This document shows positions 14,096 to 25,006 of a stretch of 64,000 nt of DNA, one piece after another. The notes beneath the pieces are model-generated. The model made no database searches. It worked only from the letters and a program-made list of their open reading frames with translations, and was not told the DNA's origin. The translations under genes were made by a program, and so were the position numbers. Source of the DNA: Antedon mediterranea (Eukaryota; Animalia; Echinodermata); contig NC_092675.1 of NCBI RefSeq assembly GCF_964355755.1, positions 18,510,912 to 18,574,911 on the forward strand. The letters run 5' to 3'. Positions within the stretch are counted from its first letter, which is position 1. Each line of letters opens with the position of its first letter.

Positions 14096-17000
14096 AGAAT
14101 AGGCCGATAACACAATTAAAAGTAAAAATATAATTGTAAACACAAGTTTCCTTCCTTATATATTTCGTGTATACGTGATATTAAGTGAACTGAATTCAAG
14201 TATTCAATGTATTGTGTATACCAAATGATAGCAGGAAAGATTGAGAGTGTAAAAATGTTGGATTTGTGGTTTCAAGTTTATATCAAATGTACAATATAAA
14301 AAATATTTACGGCGCCATCATTGACTTGACTATCTAGGCCATTACGATCATGTAGCTATATATTTCATAACTTTACAATTAAATAATTGTTTCAGTGAGT
14401 TGATCTCATTTAAGACTTGCAAGTTTTCAATTAATATAACTTAAAGATACATCAAATGCAAATTCAATAGTTATTTTAAAGGAATAGGTTGCCGGCAATA
14501 CACTGCTATTAGTGTATTGTTTTTAGTAAATAGTAGGCCTAATTATGCTAGTCACAAATCGAGATACATTGCCTTAATCGACCCACTTATATTATAATAC
14601 GCAATGTTATAAGTTAATATTATGACAGTGAAAAGGAAAATAAAACCCTGTGACATTCGACACGATACTTGGTTCTCAATTTCAGGTAAATACGAATGAA
14701 CTATATATTATGCTTATAATCGTACTAGATAATTTTTTTGTGTGTGTGAAATATTCAATTGAGACAGAAAAACGGTGATTTTTCATTTCGACATATTAAT
14801 CGACTTGAAACTCTTAAGGCTAAGCTGAAGAAATCTTCTTTCAATGCAGAAATTAAGAGATGAATTAATGTTCTCATAGCACATCGGAGTGCTCGTTATA
14901 TGTTTCTCATAGTTCGTATTCGTAACTATACTTGTAAGTCACGCTGTGCGCGCGCATACCACCCCAACAACGCCTTCTTTAAAGTAACGGCATTACATAG
15001 CTTAATCGAGTCAATGGGACAGATACATCACTGTCTTTAGACTTTCTGCAATGTTTTTTGTCTGTGAAAGATCAGACGTAAACTTGAGTTGAAAATCGAT
15101 GTTTTAACAATAGTTTGTGCAATATTTTCTAGTTTAAGATGTTGAACTTAATCAGTGTGATTGTATAATAAACACCCGCCACCATCCATCACTATGTCAA
15201 AAATACAATCGTGAAAGTGATATTGATTTAGTTTCAAAGATGGCTTAATCCCAGCTACTATTGTTTGTATATATTGGAAACACTGTACTATTTTTCTAGA
15301 TTAGAAAATGTCAGTTCGTGTAGACGCATACGTTTTATTATTTTGGCATTACTTAAGATTCGAATAAGTATATGAGATTGACGATTTTAGAGAGGGTGTT
15401 GATATATAAGAGAAAGGTGCAATATCCAAACAGATGAAGGTACTCTAATCTAATACATTTTATCTTATTTTCTTTAAATGAATTACTCAAGAGCCACTCA
15501 AAATCACTTCAGAATTTATAATTATAAATGAACGAGACTGAAGACTGGGAGAGAAGTAATATCATCAGTTTTTACATTTATGAACTATCGTACATAACCA
15601 GTCTTTCATGGATTTCTTGATTAACGTTGTATTCATAATTAATATCTATTTCGTATAACACATGTCCATCGATACTAATTTCAGAATGTTCGAACCACTT
15701 TTGTCTCAATGATATTTAAGCTAACAACATTATCTCGAACTAGTAGAGGACTTAACTATTCGATTAAAAAAACAGTAATTCCATATAGGCCTAGCCTAAA
15801 AATAATGTTCATTTTGCTGAAATGAATATATCAAAGAGAAAACGCGTCAGATAATCTATATTTTACAGAAGGTGAACGCTCGTTTGACTGCCGTCGCTCT
15901 TCCGTTGCCTATCAAAACATCGTGACGTCACAATATACTTTTCATGGTTTTTGAGATTTTATCGTTGATTCCGTTTCAAATGCTTGTAAGTGTTCGTTGC
16001 CATTATTTTTTCTCCCTGTTTCTAATTTTATCGACCTTTTACATCTCTCACCTTTATCCATTCGCGACAATTGCTCAAATACTACGTTACATGTATGCGT
16101 GATTTCCCTCTATGGTAATATTTTCGACGCTAAAACTTTAGCTTCTACGAATCTGATGTTTTTTCTGTCTGTCATGCGTTAAGTGCCATAAGATAGGAAT
16201 ATTAGGCGTTGTTTTATGGCTATGCCTAAGTGTGTGCGTACATTTGTTGAGTGCACACTAGAGTGTTGAAATTGGGTGAGAAGATCCGACTAAGCTTCCA
16301 ACAACTATTACATTATCAATAAAAGGCACTTTTCCTAGGTCATAAAAGGTCAGTTTCTTTATATTAATTACAAGGGAAATTATAGTGTAAAGCAAAATTA
16401 CACTTTCCATCTAAACATCGTCATTGAAGATGAACAAATAGTGTTCACTAATAATTAATGAATTTAAATAAGCAACATAAGGTGATATGTTTAATTAACT
16501 AATACAACTATGTCGTAATGGCATATTTTGGTTGTTTACTTATTGTTATTTGTTATCAACAAACTATGCAATCACATGTTATATACATATAATATTCATT
16601 AGAAGAATAGATCTATCAGATTTTTTTTTTTGCTTTCAAGATCAGGATAAAATTAATTATTAACGTAATATTCGACAAATTGGCTAACCTGTTTTATCTA
16701 CGAGTATGCCAATGATGTCAACGTGTGCTATACATCAAAGAGAAAAATCGACGAGATAATGTGTGACTTCCAAAGCAAGTAATTACAATACCTAACTATG
16801 GTAACTTATACCAACAATGATTTCTATAATTATCTGTTAAAGTGTAGTTAGCAGTATAAAAAGGGGAACATCACTCTCCTCTAAACAAAATGTTAGTGGG
16901 ACGCTTTAGGTTTGCCTGTTTAGGAGCCATAAACATACATTTTACAGAATGAAAGAATCAGTTTAATAGGGACATTTAGTCTTGTCTCGTAAACAAAACG

Positions 17001-18039
17001 TCTGGAGTTTGATTTATCTAAAAATATATTTTTTCTAAAAACAATCGAATCAATGGCCATTGTGTTTTTGTGTCTTCAGACTTATATTGCAGCTTATGAG
17101 ACCATAGTGAAAACAACTAGCTAGTCAATAATATTTTTAAACAGATCAAAACAAAATAACTTTAAGTGGCTTTAATTGATTTCGTTTTTTTAATTATCCA
17201 ATTACCATTGTGTAGTGTTATCGTGTGATATTGATCCCTTACAGACACTAATTTACAGACATTCAATGACGTCATTCAATGAAAAGGATGCGTAACAAGA
17301 TATAAAACTAATTTAAAATCTATCTTTTAGTTTACATCCACAGTTTTAAGTAAATTAGACAAGAAAATGGTATACATTATTCTCTTTAGTGATGATTAAT
17401 TGAAATTTTAATTATTAAATAAATGTTATACTACAATATTATCAATATTGCATTCTCTGCTGTTGTAAGAGTATCATAATTATCTCCTTTATTGTATTCT
17501 ACTCTGTAATTTATACAAGCAGTAGCTTAATTTCAACCAACTTGATCATTATATGCTGATGTACAAATTATAAATTTTAAATCAGAAACATAACTCCTGA
17601 AATAAAAGGATTGATGCAGTAACATAACGATAAAATATATCTGTTGTAGCTATTAAATTGGATCATTCTTTATGGTAGCCAAACATGTCTGAATCTAGTC
17701 ATTCCTCATTATAGTTTTGCTTGAAATCCATCATTTGTCCCTAGGCAGATAGAATCACAATTGCTCATGCCAATTGTGAAAATTTGAAATGCTAAATGGA
17801 CAGATTTAATAATTGCTCTCAGCCTCAAGGAGAAAGTGTTTAAATTAATCGATAAACTCCAAAGTTGAGACGTCAAGTGATCAAGTAATGCCGACAACAC
17901 TATATATACATTTTGCACAGAACGACTTTGAGTATAAGATTTCATAGTATGTATGTGATACCTAAACAATTTGTTTACAATGTAAAATCTCAAACAAACA
18001 TAGTAGGCCTATGGTTTGTTGAACTTTAATTAGGTTGAA

Positions 18040-19826
18040 CTAGATGGCACGCTCGCTTCGCTCGCGTACCATCTAGGTCGTGCCCACAGATGGTTCTCGA
18101 ATACACAGTATTTCCAGCGAGAAAAAAATGGAGATTTCAAATGTACGTATACCGCAGGACTATAATACATTGTCGTTTACAGAAACGAATAAATATACAC
18201 AATGATTTATGTAGTCAACCAAAATTAGCACCCTGGGAATTACTTCCGAGAGAGAAACAAAATGAGTCAAATTTTTTTATTTGGACTCATTTAAACAAAC
18301 CCAATTTGTGTTTTGTATGTAACATTAAGGGTTGAGGGATGGGGGAAGAAGATAGGTACAAAGAGGAAACATTTTAAAATATATTCTTATCCACTCAGTA
18401 ACGAAATATTGTTTTTAATGTTTTATAGGCCTATAAATAATATACCACTAAATACAGTAAAACATTTACGATTTAATACGGTACTTTGTTAAAACTCTCA
18501 CTGTCATAGTCGATTGAAATAGTAAAGTACATGTAACGATACACCACTACGACGTTTATATATTTTTAAATTATTAATTAATACAAACGTTGAGAAGCAA
18601 CTGTCAGTATTAACGTTTATTTATTTGTATATTATATGTTTATAATCTAACAGTAGGGCCTACCCACACTCACAGTAATAAAGTTTATTTGTATATATTT
18701 TTATATTACATCTAACAGTACCAACACTCACAGTAAGAAATTTGCGATTCAAATTGCGATCAAAAGTGGTTAATACCATAACAGTATTGTACAGCATTGC
18801 AATACTATTTATGTTTATTCTCCAAGGGGGCCCATAAATCTAAATCTATACCTCTATGGTTAAACCAAATAATTTGGAATGTTTATTTGTATATTATATG
18901 TTTATAATCTAACAGTAGGGCCTACCCACACTCACAGTTATAAAGTTTATTTGTATATATTTTTATATTACATCTAACAGTACCAACACTCACAGTAAGA
19001 AATTTGCGATTCAAATTGCGATCAAAAGTGGTTAATACCATAACAGTATTGTACAGCATTGCAATACTATTTATGTTTATTCTCCAAGGGGGCCCATAAA
19101 TCTAAATCTATACCTCTATGGTTAAACCAAATAATTTGGAATGTTTATTTGTATATTATATGTTTATAATCTAACAGTAGGGCCTACCCACACTCACAGT
19201 AATAAAGTTTATTTGTATATATTTTTATATTACATCTAACAGTACCAACACTCACAGTAAGAAATTTGCGATTCAAATTGCGATCAAAAGTGGTTAATAC
19301 CTTAACAGTATTGTACAGCATTGCAATACTATTTATGTTTATTCTCCAAGGGGGCCCATAAATCTAAATCTATACCTGTATGGTTAAACCAAATAATTTG
19401 GAATGTTCCATTCATCACAAATCAATACATTTGTAAAAACGTATATTAAATGTATCAAAATAGTATTTTTTTAAAGAAAATCGGCCTGTCTTCAACATTA
19501 TGATGCTGTACTCGAACTGTTCAATCGGTTTTCAGCTATTAAAAACAATTATCGTAGGAGGAGGTAGGAAAATGCGAAGCCTCCTCCCATTTTTTTGGCG
19601 GGTATTTTTCAAGATGGACATCCATTAGACAGTGTATAGCACGATCGGAAAACACCCCTATTTGGGGCAAATTGTTGAACCTAAATTCGTTTTAATCGTC
19701 AATAACTAATTATCTAACTTAATTTAATTAGTAAACAGGGTTACATCAGGTGGTTAAAATCAGTACCGAAAGTACGAACCAACTTTACATACCATCGAGT
19801 AAAAATTCTAGAAGTAAGGCGCGATT
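18040..19826. mobile_element. Non-autonomous element copy A (MITE/Helentron-like) with internal tandem repeat
   Basis: 18196-18620 and 19400-19826 are reverse-complement homologous to ~62230-62600 and ~54126-54690. Left end has the hairpin CTAGATGGCACGCTCGCTTCGCTCGCGTACCATCTAG (18040-18076). Right boundary uncertain. Confidence 0.75.
18618..19407. repeat. 262-bp tandem repeat, 3 near-identical copies
   Basis: AACAGTAGGGCC recurs at 18649, 18911 and 19173 (period 262). Confidence 0.95.
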
Positions 19827-21530
19827 TACCGAATTTTGCCCTTACGTAAATTTATATATAGATGGTGGGTGCCACACATTACTGTACAACGTATCGACAT
19901 TAAATGTATACTGTTTAAAACTACGCATAAGTAACACAAACCAACGATAAACTGTTTCGCTAAAATAGCATAGAAAACAGTTTCTCGATATAGGCCGAAT
20001 AAAAATATGCCAATTGATTGGACAAGATATGAAATTCTTAAAATGAATGACATTCTTTAAATATCACAATTAGTACATTGCCTAATTAGTAATTGTATGT
20101 TACATTACCGTGATATAATTTCTTTTCTTCAAAAATATAATAACTAAAGTCACGTACAAACATTCATGTTTTTCGTTCCGCCAATAATGCTAAATTTAAT
20201 AAGTAATCAAAATTCGGAATTGAGTTTTCGAGTATTTCGTATGTTAGACTGTAACATTCTTTTTTTGGCTTTCCAATGTATGTATCTCCTTTGAGATAAA
20301 GTAATTGTTTCCCACTCGTTATAGGAAAAAAAAACATGCCTACAGTATTAATTGTTTAATGATTCTGTTTTAGAGTTTTACAGCACCACCCGATTATGCA
20401 GCTCTATCTAACTGACTTCCAATATTCAGTTAGATATTATCTAATGAAAGCTGCAGAACTGGGTGACGATCCAAATTTATAGTTACCCTTATTTTTAACA
20501 AAACTAATGCGCATGCTTGTTTGTCAAAAGTGTGCAGAGTGTTCATAGACATAAAGTATAGCAAATCTATAACAATAACTTTATCGATAATGTTCATGTA
20601 TTCAATATAACGTCGTCCAAAATGACACTTTTTGGGCTATATTGAAAAAAATATTCACATTTTCAGTGACGTCACATAATAAAAGTTGACATGACCTGCA
20701 ATTGAACACAGTGTTACAATTGATGTTTTTATTTTTATTAGATCGAAAAAATACTTTATTACGCATGAATTTGCAATTAGTAGTAAATTATTATACGGTG
20801 ATTTTGATTGCTTTTTTAAATCGTAATATTTAAAACAAATGAAATACAGGCCTGCTTTATATTTTGAATCTGTTCAGATTTAAAGAAAGTAGTCGAAACA
20901 CAGATTGTTACTATGCTCTACTAGGTGCATTATAAATAAATAAAAATAGAGGACAATTTAAAATGTATGACAAGTTCTCTTTGTAGAGCGTTAAGTTTAT
21001 GTCAAATTCCTCAAGTGTGATAGGCATGTAATGTAGTGGGTATTTTTCAAATAACTTTGAACTGTACGAACTATATAAAAAATGGAATGTGTGAAAAGAA
21101 TGTTTTTTTAAAGAACAGGATTTGACACAAAATGTAAGGAAAGATTATTGAGAAGATATTATGGAACGCCATTGAAGACAAATTCTATTCATTTTAGAGT
21201 ATTGGAAGCTGTTATATGTACAATTTCTAACTATATTGTTTAACAGCAACAAAAAAGCCTATTAACGTACTGATTATGTTTTATAGCATGTTCACTTATA
21301 CATCATGTACCATATATGGAATATTGATTAATGCGTTATACTTGACTGAACTCTAACAAAATTACAAGCTCGAGCATCCATCAAAACATTCAGATTTTAC
21401 TAACGTTTTTATCGTTTTCAAACTAAACCCATGTAAAATGTTATCAAGAAAGCAGTTGATTCACTTGCCATATTTCATGTGCTTTATGAGAATGGCGTAT
21501 AAAAGTTAGTGACATTTCGCAACTGTTTTG

Positions 21531-21532
<2 letters not shown>

Positions 21533-21580
<48 letters not shown>
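21533..21580. repeat. (TA)n microsatellite
   Basis: Seen directly. Confidence 0.95.
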
Positions 21581-21584
<4 letters not shown>

Positions 21585-23359
21585 CTGGTTTTAACTATGC
21601 CTATACAATCATCTTTATTTCAATCAATGACTAAGTTGTAAAATAATTATACGTCTGCTCTTTATAACGGAGACGTTAATTTATATTTTAAAAACAAATC
21701 TACGCATGCGTTGAAACCTAGTATTCGTTATTATCACCATGAACCATATAAATCCTGCAAATCATCACTTTATAAAGTTTTTCCTCCATGCGTGTATTTC
21801 ACTACATCAACTTCTGGCGAATAAAAAGTAAAAGATGGCCATGTGCACTTAGCTATTGGTTCTTGATAACAGTGTCGGTTGAATTGTAAAAAACATAAAG
21901 TATTGATGTTATTGAAATAAGTCAACTTAATCGCAAAATGAATGTATAGTTCATGTTTTTTTCGTCAAGTGAATCATAGATAAAATACTATGTAATCAAC
22001 TGGGCGAAAAATTAAGCTTCGGAGACGAGAGACTGGAATTAACCGATTCAAGGAGATTACACTGGATTTAAGTAAAGGTAACTTAAGGTGGAAAATTGCT
22101 GTCATTAAGACGCATCAATGCTGCTTATATTCAAAATTCGTGATTATAAGGTTTAAAGAATTCTGTCATATAAGAGAGTGAATTGAAATTTCACCAATGT
22201 GTACTTTACGGATTGGCCTCGTTGTCTATAAAATCACTATCTGTTTTTCTTTTCATAATCAATCACGGTCCAATGTAGGCCTATAACGGCTTTATTTATA
22301 AATGCATCTACCTACTTTTGTAAGTTTTAAATTACTCTTGATAGATTCTTAATTTTGTAAGAATAATTCGTTTGAGCTGGCTTTTGATGAGTCAAAAAGA
22401 GTAAATTGCCTGATGTACAATAAATAAAAGTGGTTGTACACAACTGATGATGCTCATAAGACTCAGGACGCCATTTCATTACCAATGTAAACGATTTTGT
22501 GGATGAATCAAGTTGTTGCCATGGACAGTTGAAGTTGGATTGGACAAAGTATTAGGTCAATCAAAGGAAGAAACGAGTTTTTAAGTTTGCTTACGTCATT
22601 CCAACGAAATCAAGTTTCAAAACATTTGATGCAGCTGTTATGTGGAAATAAAATAAATGTCTGATTCATATTCAGAGAAGTAAACTTCAAGTGATTTGAC
22701 GCAATGTTACCTTAAGTTCGAGATCTCGGTTTAGTTTCATCATGGAGTCGCTTAGAGACATTTCATGCGGTGCGCCACGCAATTAGATAGCTGTTGAGTC
22801 TAGCAGCAATAGTTCTACGTATGTTCATATTTTTATGAGTGTGCGCAGAATGACTTCTCGACTCGATAGATACATAGTGAAAAAGAAAGGTAATTAGAAC
22901 ACTACACTGAAACCAAAACGGACGGCTTCTTTACACTTTATGAAATACATTATTGCTAATTAAATTGTTTTTTTTAAAACACAGATTGATTTAATGCTAG
23001 TTTATGTTCCAAATTAAAACAAGTTCACACATTATTGTTTCAAATATTATTAAAATATTTTGTGGTAGTTTTTTAAATGTTTTAGGTGGTGATAAATCAT
23101 ATAAACAAAATCTATTGTCTATTTTAGTAAGTCTATTTTGATAGAAATTACTTATCATATATAGGTAATATTGTTATGTTCTTACATTTTGCGTCAGGAA
23201 AATACATCTGCTTTTTAATTTGTCCAACCTGACGTGAAATGTACTAAATACTTTACCGCTTTTCCTCAGGTGGAGATCACTTTACTATTAATATGTTGTA
23301 TTGTAATGGATATTTCACGTCTGCAAACTAAAATCTATAAAATTGCTAATACAAATTAA

Positions 23360-23434
23360 GTAATTTTTATTTTTGTTACCTTTCAGAGGTGAAATATCCA
23401 TCAGCAATACTCGACCCAATTTGTTAAGAACAAG
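23360..23434 (+). promoter_or_regulatory. Splice acceptor and 5' UTR part of the VAChT coding exon (exon starts 23387)
   Basis: Pyrimidine tract TTTTTATTTTTGTTACCTTTCAG ending at 23386, 48 nt before an ATG in good Kozak context (AAGATGG). Confidence 0.7.
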
Positions 23435-25006
23435 ATGGCGTCTTTACACGAAGTAGGTTCGGGCATTGGAGACCGGATTACAGCATTCATAGAACGTCTC
23501 CGTGAACAAGAAAATCAACGACGTATTATTCTTGCAATCGTATGTGTTGCGCTGCTACTGGACAGTATGCTTTATGTGGTTATTGTTCCGATTATTCCGG
23601 ACTATTTGCGAAGTGAGTGGGACGGTAAAGGATCAGACGATTATGGAGATTCCAACAACACCGATGATAAAAGCGGTGCTAAAATTGGATTCTTATTTGC
23701 ATCAAAAGCGATTATTCAATTGATTGTTAACCCATTTGCTGGAACTCTGATTGACAGAGTTGGATACGATATTCCAATGATCATAGGGCTCATAGTCATG
23801 TTTCTGGCAACTTTGGTTTATGCATTTGGAAAAACTTACGGCATTTTGTTTTTTGCTCGAAGCCTCCAAGGAATTGGCTCAGCATTTGCATATTCTTCTG
23901 GATTAGCTATGATTGCTGACCGATACCAAAGAGAAGAAGAGCGTAGTAAGGCAATGGGAATTGCATTAGCCTTCATGTCTTTTGGGTACCTTGTTGCTCC
24001 GCCATTTGGGGGTATATTCTATGAATTTACGGGTAAAAAAGTACCGTTCATTATTCTAGCGTTTGTTGCCCTCTTTAACGCAACGTTATTGTTAACCGTC
24101 ACAAATCCGTCTGCTACAAACCGTCATTGGACAAAAGAGAAAGGAACACCGATTTATAAACTAATTTTAGATCCTTACATTCTTGTAGCAGCGGGAGCGC
24201 TTACCATGAGTTACGTACCTTTAGCTTCACTTGAACCAACCATAGCACTTTGGATGGAAGATACGATGCACGCATCAAGTTGGCAAAGTGGAATAATATG
24301 GTTGCCTGCTTTTATACCCCACGTTATTGGTGTGGTAATTATTGTAAAGTTAACTCAAAAGCGACCAGAGTACCAGTGGCTGTACGCTGCAACGGGGCTG
24401 GTTGTAATTGGCATATTTGTCGTGATAGTACCCTTCTGCAAGACGGTTGGTGTGCTAATTATTCCACTTTGTGGAATATGTTTCGGTATTGCGTTAGTCG
24501 ACACGGCAGTACTGCCAACTCTCGCGTTTCTTGTTGACGTTCGTCACGTTTCTGTTTACGGCAGCGTTTATGCGTTGGCCGATATATCCTATTGTATTGC
24601 ATATTTTCTTGGGCCTATTTTGGCTGGACAGATAGCTGCAGGAGCAGGGTTTCTTACAATGAATATATGCTTAGCTCTGGCAAGTTTTATTTATGCTCCA
24701 GTTTTATTTTCACTTCGCAAGGTTCATTATATGACACCGGTACACCAAGAAGTTACGGTACTACTAAGCGATGATCCCCTAGGAAACCAATATCGGGCTA
24801 CTGATTCAGAATATGGTAATAACATAACTAACCAAACACAAGATACTGCGTATGCTCCACAACCCAATGGCTACTACCCTCCTAATAAACAGAATGGTAA
24901 CACAGTTGCCGGACAAGCAGAACAAGCTCCAACACGAATAGAAAACGAGAACTTTCATCACAGGCGAATCTCACGAAGCGAAGGCAATGGATCTGATCAC
25001 GAATAG
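23435..25006 (+). CDS. SLC18A3: Vesicular acetylcholine transporter (VAChT), intronless CDS, 523 aa MFS transporter
   Basis: VAChT motifs IVCVALLLD.MLY.VIVPIIPDY, LFASKA, ARSLQGIGSAFA, LVAPPFGG, LEPTIA.WM, WLPAFIPH, GIALVDTA.LPTLAFLVDVRHVSVYGSVYA.ADISY; C-terminal dileucine motif EVTVLL; located upstream of ChAT. Confidence 0.96.
   Translation: MASLHEVGSGIGDRITAFIERLREQENQRRIILAIVCVALLLDSMLYVVIVPIIPDYLRSEWDGKGSDDYGDSNNTDDKSGAKIGFLFASKAIIQLIVNPFAGTLIDRVGYDIPMIIGLIVMFLATLVYAFGKTYGILFFARSLQGIGSAFAYSSGLAMIADRYQREEERSKAMGIALAFMSFGYLVAPPFGGIFYEFTGKKVPFIILAFVALFNATLLLTVTNPSATNRHWTKEKGTPIYKLILDPYILVAAGALTMSYVPLASLEPTIALWMEDTMHASSWQSGIIWLPAFIPHVIGVVIIVKLTQKRPEYQWLYAATGLVVIGIFVVIVPFCKTVGVLIIPLCGICFGIALVDTAVLPTLAFLVDVRHVSVYGSVYALADISYCIAYFLGPILAGQIAAGAGFLTMNICLALASFIYAPVLFSLRKVHYMTPVHQEVTVLLSDDPLGNQYRATDSEYGNNITNQTQDTAYAPQPNGYYPPNKQNGNTVAGQAEQAPTRIENENFHHRRISRSEGNGSDHE

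Noticed and set aside
1966-20053. Scattered 60-95 aa ORFs upstream of VAChT
   Set aside because: AT-rich random composition, many non-ATG starts, no recognisable homology or exon chain.
20378-20400. CAGCACCAC resembling the left half of an RE1/NRSE site, as in the mammalian cholinergic locus
   Set aside because: The GGACAG right half is absent; a half-site alone is not significant.
22444-22495. CTGATGA suggesting a second hammerhead
   Set aside because: No stem II followed by GAAA.
23502-24774. Short alternative-frame ORFs inside VAChT
   Set aside because: No recognisable motifs; expected by-products of a coding region.
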